From: Lepidodermella squamata
Lineage: Eukaryota; Animalia; Gastrotricha
Length of the DNA stretch: 64,000 nucleotides
Assembly (NCBI GenBank): GCA_047495785.1
Contig: JBLDXI010000032.1
Location: 3,906,001 to 3,970,000, forward strand
Direction: 5' to 3'
Part shown: in pieces, positions 1 to 12,720 of the stretch
Layout: the number at the start of each line of letters is the position of its first letter
How positions within the stretch are numbered: position 1 is the first letter of the stretch
The notes under the pieces: model-generated
What the model was told of the DNA's origin: nothing
Seen by the model: only the letters and a program-made list of their open reading frames with translations
Databases searched by the model: none
Position numbers and translations under genes: made by a program

Positions 1-309
1 ATCACCCCGTTTTCGCGCAGCCCGTCGTCAGCAGCTAGCAGCCCGTCGTCAGCAGCGAGCAGCCCGTCGACATCGGAAAGCAGCCTATCGTATTCGCCGC
101 CAATCACCGTTTCATCCACCGAGTCAACGCCGGAAACTAGGCCGACCACCTGCACCCGTGGGCAGCGAACAGGTGTTAAGTGCATATGTGTTGAGTGTTT
201 CGGCCTGAGCATGAAAACTGTAGCCGGCTTGTGTGAGGTGATCGCAACTCCTGTGATGATGCCTACAGAAAGAGCGATCATCCGCGTCTTTTATGTGGGT
301 GATGAGTAG
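1..309 (+). CDS. 3' end of a gene entering from the left; Ser/Pro-rich then Cys-containing C-terminus, unknown product (partial)
   Basis: Frame +1 is open from base 1 to TAG at 307-309 (ITPFSRSPSSAASSPSSAASSPSTSE...CICVECFG...VGDE*). It contains a 21-bp tandem repeat (~17-70) and is followed by an AT-rich tract with AATAAA near 415-428. Confidence 0.4.
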   Translation: MTPFSRSPSSAASSPSSAASSPSTSESSLSYSPPITVSSTESTPETRPTTCTRGQRTGVKCICVECFGLSMKTVAGLCEVIATPVMMPTERAIIRVFYVGDE

Positions 310-1623
310 TTCTTGCTTTTCGTGCTTGCTTTTCCATTAAAATCACTTTTGTGTAGTGTTATGTAAATGTCACCACTTGTATAACCTCGTTTTTTTGTTT
401 TCGTTCGTGTACAAAATAAATAAAATAAGCTGGATGCAAGTTTTTGGCTAATTTTCATTCATTTTCATTATCTTAATTCAGGTTGAAGTCCTTAAGTCGA
501 AGTTAGTTTTGAAGGGCCTTGTAGTAGCTGGAAACCAGAAAAAGCTTCGCCGAAAAATGAAAAATATGAAGTCAAGAATCCATGTAATATTTCTGGTTTT
601 TATTAAAGAAAAGGAACCTGTCGTGTATTAGTAGAAGAGAAATTATGCACATTTTCGAGGCGGTAGGATGATCGCAATTTTCCAAATATATCAATCAAAT
701 TTAGATGGATATGCTGATGCAAGTGTCAACTGCTACAATAGGTTCTCCACGACACTGCCACTTACTCGGTACGGCACGTAAATCCTCCAACTGCAAATCT
801 TCGGAGTTCACAGTAATAAAAAAGGTTCAATGAAGGTTCAAAGAGGTTAACTTTACATGACAAGATTGAAAATAGGCTAACCCAGCAGTTGCGATTTTAC
901 TATAATCATGCATTCCATAATAACACATTACTACTTTACAAATCCAAATGCTCATAATTCAAAAGAAGCTCCAAATCGACACGCACGAAGACAAAGAATA
1001 CCTATGATGAACGGAAGCTGAATTGAATCCACACGCTTTTATTCAAATATTGAGCTTCCGGCAGATACGAGCTATGCAATAAATAGCTCTAACGTCGGAT
1101 CGAAATCAAACAGTTCCGCGGTGGGAAATCGCTAAGCAGCACCCAGTTTAGACAAAGGCGGGCTTCATTTCGTTTTGAAACCGCCAAACAGCGTTGCAGG
1201 CATTATGCTGGATAAAAATTCAAAAGTCACAAACGTTCAAATTATGAGGTCTTGTGTCTTACCTTAAATAAGTCGAAGATTAAACCACGCAGACTGAGAA
1301 CTTGCAAATATCGAACCTACAAATTAAATAATTTATTATGAAAGTTATTTTCTGCTAAGACCTTACATTAAGAGCGCGAGTGTCCCGAATAAATTGCAGA
1401 GTTCACCATAGTTCTTAGTCAGAAATCTGGAGTAGTGCTAGATGTGCCAGATGGTACATGAGAAGCCGTCGATATTCGCACAGCAATTCAGCATCAATAA
1501 GCTCAACAAAATAATTCGAAATCACGACGAACAAGGATAAAATAGTTCAAGACAGCCGTGAGAAGTCAGAAGCAGGGTAGCAGAAAGTTCCTAGATTACT
1601 AGACTATCTAGGATAAAGGTCTG

Positions 1624-1708
1624 TGCGGTGAAACAACTTTTCTGAGACTTCTAGCATTGAATTGGTGTTTTCCACGTTTAGGCGTCATACCCGTTCAGTT
1701 TTTATGCT
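1624..1708. repeat. 85-bp perfect direct repeat, copy 1 (copy 2 at 6246-6330)
   Basis: TGCGGTGAAACAACTTTTCTGAGAC...CCCGTTCAGTTTTTATGCT is identical at 1624-1708 and 6246-6330. Confidence 0.95.
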
Positions 1709-1711
1709 GAA

Positions 1712-4700
1712 CTAGCAATTCCAGGGACCGGTCCTTCGGACCGGCCAACCGATTGTGTAGACCTATTGAAAAATAAAGGAACCACAAAGAACGCTAACTT
1801 CATTTTGATGAATAACTTATCTGATATGTCCGGCAACGTTGTTGTCGCAGGCCAACGGTTACATTTAACAACGCAAAATAAATTTTCTATAACAAAGGCA
1901 AACAAAATTGATCAATGTCACACTATTAAGGGGAAATGATTTTCTGGTAGACAATGTTAGAAGTGAAATGGCGCTTTTTTCTTGTCAAATGGAGTCTTGC
2001 TTTTCGTCGGTGATGAGCTCAATGCGCGGTATGAAGACCAGCTTACCGGCTTGAGATCCGTTGATAATTCGCGCCTGAATGCTGTTCGGCAGCAACTTAA
2101 CAACGGATAGCCTGGTGCCGTTACATAACCCCCCAGCAGGATTCAAGTTTCGCAGCAATATTACAATTGCATCCTTTTTAAGGGATAGTTGATGTGGAGG
2201 CAAAGAAGCAGGCAGGAGCGAGTTTAAAAGCTCAACCGGGAAAACAGGACCTTGGTCTGGGTAGTAAACCTCATCAACGCTGAAGTAATTAACGGCATCC
2301 CCCGGGAACTTCTCGAAAATGCGGCTGTTAATGTAATTAACTTCCTCGTTTCTAGCCGCGAGTATGCATGAATCACCGATTGTTGCGGGGTCAATGTTGG
2401 ATAAGTCCCCATAGGTCAGCTCAATCAAGCGCGGCAAATCGGTGCAGCATTTGAGATATTTTGAGACGTAAATAGAACCAGGTTTGGGGCCAACGTTAAC
2501 ATTTTCACTTGTCTGACCGTTTCCGATTGTTAGCAGGTCATCTTTAAAATGAGGGTTCCCATTCTGCACTCGCATGTTTGTAGCCAAATTGAAAACTTTA
2601 ACCTCTCGCCACAGAGGCGAGCTTTTCAGGCATGCTTTCCAATAGTCCGCCTCACTTAAAGCTCGGCGAACAACGGGCAAACACTGTCTATTACGAAGTT
2701 AGTAGTTCAGTAATGTTAGTTTTTAATACTTGGTTAGAATTGAAATTATTTTACCTAAAGTCTCCTCCTAGCAAAACAACCTTCCCACCAAACGGCAAAT
2801 CAGGCTTGTCCATGAGGTCGCGAAGCGTAAAGTCTAAAGCCTCGAATGCAAACCTGAGTAGCATTGGGGCCTCGTCAATGATTAATAGTTCAGCCTGCTT
2901 AATTAGTTGCGCGGCATGCGATTGCTTCGAAATGGAGCACTTGGATCCTTCATCTAAAGACAACGGGATCGCAAATCTTGAATGGGCAGTACGACCGCCC
3001 TCAAGGAGAATAGCCGCTATACCGGAGGAAGCAGTAGCAAGGCATATTTTTCCCATAGCTCGCAAATGCGCCAAAATAGTAGAGTAGGTGAAGGTTTTGC
3101 CGGATCCACCGGGGCCGTCGATTGAGACAGTGCCAAGTCGATTGAGGACGGCGCTAACAACCGCATCGAAAGCAGATCGCTGATTGACATTGAGCAAAGG
3201 AGTGTTGCGCTGCGCAATAGTCAACTGATGCTCTACAGAATAAGAAGTCTCTTCAACAATTAACCGGTTAGCGGTATTCGCAACAGCCAATTCCGGTAGA
3301 TTGTAACTCGCTAGTGACTTATTGCTTTGGGATAACAGCCGATCGATTTCAGCTGAAGCTTGTTGGTAGATCCTCTCAGAAAAATCGGCATCAGGTTGAA
3401 GCAACCTAGCGGCATGGAGAACATCTTCGGACATGTAGTTTCGAAATTGAATCCATAACGCGAGGGCGTCTGATGGGGCTGAGAATAGCAAAATACTAAC
3501 AAAGAATTCCCTGACATCCTTGGGGCAAGCGTGACTGCAGACTTCTTCCATGGACAGCTTGATATGACTGTCGTCGGATGTAAGGCCGAGTAATCGACAG
3601 GCTTCCTGGAAGGTAGACGCCGGGGGACCGTCAGGCTGAACTCGTCGCAAGTCCTCGAAACTTTTTGCGCCGCTGCGGTGAAGTAGAAGGAGCCACAGGT
3701 AATATAGTTCTCCAGCCGTTGGCGATACCTGGTACATTCGGCCACAGGGTATTAAACCAAAATTAGGGGCACGCTTTCGCTTAGTCCAAACGCGCTTTTT
3801 ATCGTCGTAAGTGTGGCTGCCAGGGAAATCCATGTATTTAACGTGATAGGAGTCGTTATGGCTGGCGTTTTAGCGAAACCAAGCAGTGAGCGTTGACTCG
3901 GCAAGCCGATCGTTAAGCTGCAACTGCTGCATTGGATTGAAATAAACGTTTTGCTCTTTGGGAAGATGAACATCCAAGCGGACGATGAACATCCAAGCGG
4001 ATACTGTTCCTCCATCGGGTATGATGACGTTAGCCGTAATTACTCGATCTGGGCCCTGAAGAAGGTAGGTGAACGTCAATGAACAGCCAATAAATATTAA
4101 ATTTTTATTACCTTGTGAATGTACTTATAGATGTACTTGATGCTCTTTACGGTACTGCACACCTCGAGGTTGATGTGCGCATCGAAGCGTGACGTCAGAA
4201 ATTTGTTGTAAGGTACCACCCAGCGATTGTCGTAGATGAAACTTCTCGCACCGGTGCCTTTCGTCACTGTGACCCCGTTGTCACGTCGGCGATACTGAGG
4301 ATAACCATGGTCATCTAAAACCGTTTCATCGACGAAGGACTTCGGAAATGCTTTGGAGCAGACACGTTTTTCCAGGTCCCAACACGGAGAATTCGTGTGA
4401 CCAACACCACACGGTCCATGCAGTAAACACTTAGTGACTATGGCATGAAGCCTCGGTTCCGTAACTGGGTCGGGAATTTCTGCACATATCAGATTGTCGA
4501 CTTGCTCAGCAGTGCGTGGCTTGTATGGATCTGTCAGTGTGATCAATGCGTGTATGTGAGGCAGACCACGCTTTTGAAACTCCACAGTGTAGATTAAATT
4601 CTTGATTTCACCGAAAGCCTTATTCTTGATAATATGTTTCAACAACTCGCGAACTTTAGTACGAAAAACCCGAACGCAGAGATCAATTCTGTTTAGGGCG

Positions 4701-6330
4701 GTTTGGCCATGTAAGAGGTTACGCGTTATCTCCGGCCAAGCAGAATTGCAGGTAAACTGTAGGAAAGACACAAAACATGAGACGATCAACAAAAAATCAT
4801 AGGAAAATGGCACTAACCGTCAAGAAAAGGTCTGGTTTTTTATCTCGGCGAACTATAGCCATGGCATCTTGATAGTTTTGCGCTATTTGACGTGGCGACC
4901 CTTGCTTACTGGAAGGCAAAACAATGCGAACACGCGAACCAACATCGCTTGCTCCAGCACCTTCAGCAACTGCATCACAGAAACCGCGATAGTTCTCAAC
5001 TCGTAGCGCGGTTTGGTTGCGACGAATGAAAGCGAGATCGTTAGACTCAACCTTGAGCCAGGAATCGACGATGTACTGCTGAAATAATTTGCCGTACAAA
5101 TGTATGACAGGCATCCCACGAATGAAAATTCGATGTTGAATATAGTCACGTGCTGAAATCTTGGTTTGCTTTTGGTTAGGTTTCAAATTGACTCGCTGCA
5201 TGGTGATGTCCCAGCCAAGATCACCCCCAGGGAACATGATCGGATAGCTTAGGGGATCGTAACAGACGTGTGTCTCGTCGATGCGTTGAAGAGGACCACC
5301 CTTCAAACGAAGAATGATGTCTCGATGTGAGCTCTCAGCAGACTCGTCATCGCAAACAATTGCTGCAACCTCATCGTTGGCAGATTGTGGCGCATTATAA
5401 CGCCGGCGATCGAGTCCGTTAACACTTGCTTTGATTCGCATAACTCGTTCAGGAGCTTGCCGAAGAGTATTCAAGCTGTAGTCGTAAATGCGGACGAATG
5501 GATTGACGTCATACATCATTTCTTGCAAATTCGTCAAGACGACCGTGTTAATGTGAATTTCGGATCCGTATTGGAAGTTCTTGCGTATGGCGACTTGCTC
5601 AGAGGAGGATTGAACGAAATAAACTTGCATATAACGGGGTTCACTTCCTTCATCTGGTAAGAGAGCTCCGTGTCGATGGTAGAGAGAACCCTGCACCTTG
5701 AAAGCACCGAAATTTGGCGTGACGTCTTTGCACCCCATCGAAGTAAATGAAAGGCAATTATTGTATTTTCTGTCATTCAGTAGAAACTGAGTCGATTGTT
5801 GTTCTCCTTTGAGTAAGCGTCGCAAATAAAGAGGAGGCTCCTTTATAGGGTCAAGTATAAGCTGACCATGCTGACAGCACTGAGCAAATTCGGGGTGATC
5901 TGGCGAAGAATTAGTTAGGCGTTCGTCAGAGAAGTGTTGCGCACCGCAGTGTTCACATGCTGCATTCATAGGGCCTAAATCGTAAAGCGGCACGTAAGCC
6001 TCAAGATAGGGAGCCATGGCAGATGCAACGTTGGGAATCCAATTGTTTACTGCTACCGGTGCCAGAGGCGCAACAGGTGGTGGCACATTAAAATCTGGGT
6101 TGTCGTGCATTCCTGGGTCGAACAAATCCAAATCTAAGGCGTTCGGATAGTCTTGTGCTAGTAGGGCTTCATAATCACCGTCAATTATTACAGCAAACTC
6201 TCGGATTGCCTGATTGAGAGCTTCTCCTTCTTCCTCAATGGGACCTGCGGTGAAACAACTTTTCTGAGACTTCTAGCATTGAATTGGTGTTTTCCACGTT
6301 TAGGCGTCATACCCGTTCAGTTTTTATGCT
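1712..6330 (-). mobile_element. Helitron (rolling-circle transposon), defective autonomous-type copy; 3' end defined, 5' end not located (lies at or beyond ~6330)
   Basis: The minus-strand 3' terminus reads GCCGGTCC-GAA-GGACCGGT hairpin, 11 nt, then CTAG|T (CTAG at 1712-1715), the canonical Helitron end. It contains a RepHel gene. Confidence 0.92.
1926..6244 (-). pseudogene. Helitron RepHel (HUH Rep + Pif1-family helicase), inactivated
   Basis: Motifs: CxxC...CC zinc region, HUH (YTVEFQKRGLPHIH), Y2 (KYIYKYIHK), Walker A GPGGSGKT, DEAPM, GGDFRQ, NLNPAGGLCNGTRL. Introns at 4757-4817, 4056-4111 and 2688-2754. Lesions: in-frame TAA at 3870-3872, a deletion with an ~19-bp tandem duplication at ~3965-4001, and loss of helicase motifs V/VI near 1985. 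Confidence 0.9.
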
Positions 6331-8275
6331 AAATAAACACTTCTAGCACTCTATTCAACCCCAAACATTTGCAAAGCCTGAGCGAAAAGCTTCTCGATCT
6401 AGGATAAAGCTCGATATTCTAAAAACTTTCTGTCACCCTGGTTAGAAGGAAAAGGTTAGCTAAGTTAGCTAACTATCAACAAACTATTGTTAACTAACTA
6501 TTGTTGAACTCCAGGTTCTGCTAATACAAGGGTTCAGGCAACAACATTAGTTTCTACCAACAGCTTCAGAGCCACTTCATAACCAATCCAAGCTCAAATT
6601 TAGTATTTCGCTAGTAAATACAACACAGAACAACACTACGATTCATGAAACGATCAACCACCAACACTATGACGCCAACAAATGACTTAGATATGTCTTC
6701 TGTCAACAGTGGCAGCTCCGTAAATATCTTTCTCGACAGAATACAGTCATTTAAGCCCACATCATACGATAAAGAAACAATAGGACAGCTTTAATGTCAT
6801 ATCATCTAAAGAGAATTTCAAGGGCTATCTATTGACATATGAAACACCTGATTACGATCAAAAGTAAGCGTAAGACGGCATCAAAGAGCGATTACGTCAC
6901 AGGGAAAGATAATTTGTTCAAAATCTTCCTAAAATTGTCTTTAATCATGCTATCAACAAAAACCATTCTGCTGGAAGTTTTCTGTCAAATCAACCAACGT
7001 GATTCACAAGGAAATAGCGCCATAGAGGAGATCTCCTGCGGCAATATGATTTTATTTATTCGAGTTATTTATCAATACAAATACTTTAATAATATTTCAA
7101 AGTTTGTTATAAATGTGTGAAAAATAAATTGGGACGACAAAATTGGGATTTCGATCACCTGGAGAAGAGAGAAGACCCGATATCGCGACCCATGTTCTGG
7201 CAATGCAGGTCAAACCTGTTTACCCCTTTTCTAATTACCAGAACTAGAATCATTTTACATGTTGTCTTGAACTACCATAATTACGCGTTTTAGGCACACC
7301 AAGAGTACGGAGTTATGATCTTCTGCGCCTTCGAGAGGTAGCCTCAAACCGTGAAACGTGGAAAATGCTCAGTGATCTAATCCTGACCTCCTCTTCACTA
7401 CAGTGAAATTTTTTAAATGTACACTCATTAATAATGATAATAATAATAATAAGAGTACGGATAACGAAATTTTGGCCTGTGAATTTTGGTTTGTCGTTTG
7501 TCGTTTGTCGCAACGCAAGCTAACGTTATGGTCTTGCGTCTTATTACGCCTTACCTAGTTAAAAAAGTAAAAAGCTTGGGCTATTTTTATTCATTTGCGA
7601 AGCGCAAGTCAAGCTGAACGCTGAACAAGGCTTACTTCAGGTTCTCAATATTTTTTGGCTCCTGACAGCCTTGTTGGCGGTTACCGCGAATCAGGGGAAC
7701 TCAATCTTGGTTTGAATAAGTTACCAGGATATTTGCATTTTTCATAAGCATGTTCGTCCGTCTGTTGTGCTTTTTTATGCTAGCCTGTGGCTTATTGCTG
7801 ATTAATGAAATCGGTAATACCTCAAATGATTTACTTGAACATCTTGTTACAACTCGCCACGCAGCATCTCACTGTTGAACTGCGTAAATACCGATTAACA
7901 CCCGATTTACAATCGCTCACGATCGCACGCATTATATAGATATATATTCCTGCCGCAAACCGTTGATCGCTGACCGTTTCGCCACGGCTCAGAAGTTATA
8001 TGTCACTTTTCTACTCTTCAATGAAGCCTTTTCGGCCGCTCTTACGAGATGATTAATGATTATCAAAGAGCTGACATGGCGAATTATTTTTATGGGACAC
8101 ATATCTGGATTTTTTTGAAACGAGGAGGGGTGCGCGGTGGGTATGTGTGGCGCACGATCTATCTGTGCCTTATATTTTTTTCAAATCCTGTGGGTTATGA
8201 TTTTGAATTACAATGTGTTGTTTTGGTTCGTTTCTAGGCATTTATTCGTTGCCTTTGCTGTTGCCGGAAGTCAAA

Positions 8276-9958
8276 ATGAAGCTTCTTCCTCAACTCCGAG
8301 TAAGTTATTGTTTGCTATCCTTATTTCTATGTGTTAATCATCATATATCTTAAGGCCGTTGCCCAACAGTCTGCCGCGCGTACGTCAGGGCGCCTTGCAC
8401 AAGAGCCAAAGGTAGTATTAAACATTAAACCCGGTTAATTTACATGACTATGGTGTGAATTTTCTCTAGTTGACTGCGGAACGTCTGAGGATTGTATCTG
8501 TGGAAAATCATTCGCCTGTTACTAGGCTGTCGCTATACGTACGCGCTGGCTCTCGACATGAGAGCGGCTTTAATCTTGGTGTTTCGCATTGCCTTCGGAG
8601 CGCTGCAAACCTTGCCACCAAGAACAAGACAGCCATCGCATTGACTCGCACCGTGCAGCAGATCGGAGCTTCTTTAACTACTACCGGTACAAAAGAGCAC
8701 ATCATCTACTCCATTGAAGCTGACCGTAGCAAAGCAGACGTAGCTTTGGGTTGCCTCATGGAGGTTGTGTTTGAACCGGAATTCCACCACTGGGAAATTG
8801 AGAGCTTGCACCATCAAATGGAAATCGATCTAGCTCTTCACAAACAAAATCACGAGGAGCGTGTTATCGAGTTGCTACACCAAGCGGCTTTCCGCACTAC
8901 TGTAGGCCGCTCGTTATATGCGCCTGAATTTATGATCGGAAACTTCGAAAGCGAACAAGCCAAGCATTACTTTGATGCCCATTACCGACACGATCGCATG
9001 GCGTTGGTTGGATTCGGCTGTCCTCATGATTGGCTGAAGGGTCGCACCAACTCGATTCTCACTGCCCCTCCCCCCTCGGTTCGCCACTTTCCAGTAGGCA
9101 GCAAGCCAGCTGAGGCCCCACACAAAGATAAGCACGTCGCGGTTAATGCTAATGACGAAGCAGCTAAATATCATGGCGGCCAGCACCGCGAGGATGCCGA
9201 TTCGAACCTCGCTTTGATCGCCGTAGCTGGCGAAGGAGTTGCCCAGGGCAGCAAACAGAGCCCGGCCGCCTTTGTCCTCCAGCGTGTTTTCGGCGCGGGA
9301 CCTCGTGTTAAATGGTCTGCGAGCCAGAACCACGGTCGTTTGGCAAAGGCTGTCGCGGGTGCCCTCCCCAGCGGCTCTGGCTTCGCCGTCACCGGTCTTA
9401 ACTACAATTATTCGGACTGCGGTCTGTTCGGCTTCTTCTTGTCGGTCGATCCAGCGCTCGCCGGCAAGGCGGCGCGCGCGGCTGTCCTCGAAACCGCTAA
9501 AATCGCAAATGGCAGCCTGACCGAAAACGAGCTTAAAGTTGCCAAGTAAGTTTAGAATGAAATAAGCCTAGGTAACTGAAGTGATAGGCACATGACAGCT
9601 CCATGATAATGATGTTCAAGACTACAAAAATTGATAACTTGATAAAATTGATTAGGCAACAAGCCAAGGCCGATCTGTTGTTTTCGCTCGAACAAGACGC
9701 GAACTACACCGAAGCTCTGGCCCAAGCCGCGCTCGTCTCCGGTGAACTGGCTCCGTCGCATGAACAGGCGATGGCTCAGATCGACGCCGTCACCATGAAC
9801 GACGTTCTTCAGGTAAGAAATGCTTTTGGCGCTGAGCTCGCTTCCTATGTGCACCCGTTTTTTGACAGGTCGCGAAGAGGGCAGCTGGCTCGCGAACGAG
9901 CATGGCCGCCGTTGGCGACCTGACGGACACCCCATATCTTGAGCAACTTATTTCGTAG
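8276..9958 (+). CDS. UQCRC2: Cytochrome b-c1 complex core subunit 2 (M16 peptidase-like, catalytically inactive)
   Basis: Exons 8276-8299, 8355-8411, 8470-9545, 9656-9812, 9869-9958. Contains VRAGSRHE...GVSHCLR (no HxxEH), ELLHQAAF, NYSDCGLFG and C-terminal SMAAVGDLTDTPYLEQL. Confidence 0.9.
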
Positions 9959-10445
9959 AGCAACCAGACTGTCCCGAAGAAAAAATAAACCTATCTGCAC
10001 ACCGTTTTCTTAGCAACCATCCTCGCTGCATAAGGATTACACTGGAAATACTATAATAAATATATATAAAATAATGATGATGACGATGATGAAATACACA
10101 CACCGTGAAATCGAGAGAAGAGAAGAAAAGAAACTGCCACGGCAGCCGATTCTCTGAATAATAATTAATCTTTTCTTGATGCGTGCATAGTGTCGTGCAT
10201 GTACGTACCGATGTACATAACTATACTATTTAGCAAACGCCACAGTTTTAGAGTTGCGAAATTACTAATGATGATATGTAAATGTGTGGTTGACCCTCAG
10301 AAAAAACAGAAAAGATTCGGCGCACCAGTGTGCGACGCCTCAACCGTTTAATAAAACGCGAAAGTGATTGTCCGTTTACATTATTTTCATTCTCGATTTA
10401 GCCGCGATTTTATTTTATTAAAAAATTGCTTAAAAAAAATCAACG

Positions 10446-11311
10446 ATGGCTTCAGGCATTTTATACGGCGCTGTTGTCTACAATCGACAAATTTTATGCA
10501 GCCACCAAGTCGGCCCTGGCTCGTACGAATCCGTCTTCAAGAGCGTTCTGCCGCAAGTTCAAACTAGCCGTAGTGGAGAGAAAACTGCATTCAATGTCGA
10601 CGGGTAATTACTTCGAAATCATTCCTTGGAAATGTATTAACTTGAATTATTTCTAGGGGCCTGACTGTTTTCGTCCTGATTGATCGCGGTGTTGCATTTG
10701 CCGTGATGGCGCCGACAAGTTTCGGAAAGCAGCGCTCTTTCAACTGCCTCGAAGCGCTGAAACGCAATTTCGAAACCGCCGATTTGTTCAGCCGTGTTGT
10801 CGACGCAGGCGCCGGCGGCCTCTCATGGTCGTTCGGTTCGACGCTGCAAATGCAGATGGAGAAGCATTCAAAGGCCGATCCGAGCCAGCAGGTACGCGAT
10901 ATGCAGTCGAAAGTCGACGAGGTAAAGGACGTCATGGTGCAGAACGTCAAGAAAGTAATGGACCGCGGCGAGAAGCTGGACGATCTTATGGACCGGGCAG
11001 AGGAACTCGAAGTTAAGGCTGATCAGTTCCGAAACACCACAAAAGAAGTTCGTAAAAAGTTCTGGTGGGAAAACATGCGAATGAAACTAATTATCGGAGG
11101 AAGGTAAAACATTGTAGAAAATCTCCTTTAATTATGATAAAATAACGTGCTGATTGTTTTCAGTCTTTTCATCATTGTTCTCGTCATTGTGCTTATCATT
11201 TTGGGCACGACTGGTGTATTCGACAGCGGATCGTCTGAAACAAAAACGACAACCCATGCTCCGCCAACGCAGGGTCCGACTACTGCTGCTGTTCTAGCTA
11301 ATCGCGGATGA
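10446..11311 (+). CDS. VAMP7: Longin-domain R-SNARE, VAMP7-like
   Basis: Exons 10446-10603, 10657-11103, 11164-11311. N-terminal longin domain, synaptobrevin coil (VDEVKDVMVQNVKKVMDRGEKLDDL...KFWWENMRMK) and a TM helix followed by a T/P-rich luminal tail. Confidence 0.8.
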
Positions 11312-12409
11312 GCGAGTTGAACGCGATCAATCAACAAGTTTTCCTTACCCTGTACTCGGAATATCTATGTCTTCGTTGTTACTATACATTATTACATCGA
11401 ATTTTTTGCTGATGAAAATTCCCGCGCAAAATTATGAACTGCTGATGCTTGCTAATGCTTGACCGCCAATTTATAAAATTTTTGTAAAAAAAATCTTCCA
11501 GAATAGCAATCTATTGCAGGGTCAACTTCGATTGTTCTCTTTTTATTCTTGGGCTTCCTTAACGTTATTTTAACCTAAAACTTCCAGTCAAATCCTTTTA
11601 TATCTCGAGCCATGACTGAAAACGTATTATTTTAAGGTGGCGAGTTTATGAGCCAAGATTATGGTGATATTATATTAATTGAAAACGAAAAGCTGTGTCA
11701 AATGCCTATTTATTCGAGATCGCGCAATATAAAAATTTTATATGAAGTTTTTCTAAAAATCGATGATTTCAGATATTTCGGTTGTTTGTTGAATCGAGTC
11801 TGCGAAAGCGTGCATTGTGCTAATTGTGTTTTATCTGCACGTTGTTTGACAAATTTACTGCTGAAACTTGATTTTCATTTGCACACGTTATTCACACTTC
11901 AAACTGCTGCTGCTGTTTGTTTTCTTGTGAAAACGAAAAACGAGAAGAGATGCAATTATGATGGTATAATTATTAACACTTGTACCTATTAATCTGGTCG
12001 ACTGGTAACGATTTCATTACGACGCAAATGGAGTTGATCGTACAATAAAAGAAAGGTCTTATTGCTTTTGTCTTTTTTGCTAAACGCCTAATGTAAACAC
12101 GTCGCCCAAATTTTAAATCCGCGGCACTAATGTCCGCGCGTGTCGCCCAAATGAGTGCGCAGCCCATTTTGTCTTTTATGCATGGAGGTGTGTAGGCGTG
12201 TAGGCCGCCACGATGCAGTCAATTTTGTTGTCGATTATTAACAATATAGCCCGATATTAAAGGATGGGCTTTTTATTTTTCTTCGAAAAGCAGCATGCTT
12301 GTCTTAGCGCACTTATTCGGCCGGGATATTCGGCAGCAGTGCATCGTTGAATAGCTAAATCAAGGCTTATTAGAGAAATCAAACTCAAGCTAAATGAGTG
12401 CTTACAGCT

Positions 12410-12720
12410 TTTGAGGTATACTTGAAATCAGGCATAGTAGCCGCGACATCGTCTCGATGAGCCGTGCCAGTTGCTGCAATGATTTCGTTGCGGGCAGTCG
12501 TGAATACCTGGCCTTTGTGCGTCAGATTAGGATTCGCCCTGATAATCTGAAAGCATCATCAGGCAGCTTCCCATCGACCTCGGCGGAGTCGTCAGGGCGG
12601 ATTCGGACTTTCGCCTGGCACCTGAGGTCGTGTTGGCACTTCAGGTAGTGCGTACCATCTCTCTAGCTTTGCTGCTGGAAACGTAATTGTAGCCATTCAT
12701 TTCATAGACGCCGCCAAACA
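12410..12720 (-). pseudogene. Degenerate FLYWCH/WRKY-like zinc-finger fragment, probably from a Mutator-like (MULE) transposase
   Basis: After removing a 2-nt GA slip it reads GVYEMNGYNYVSSSKARDGTHYLKCQHDLRCQAKVRIRPDD, the GYxY...YxxC-x5-CxA pattern. GTCGCCCAAAT occurs twice at ~12101-12152, possibly subterminal repeats. Confidence 0.45.
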
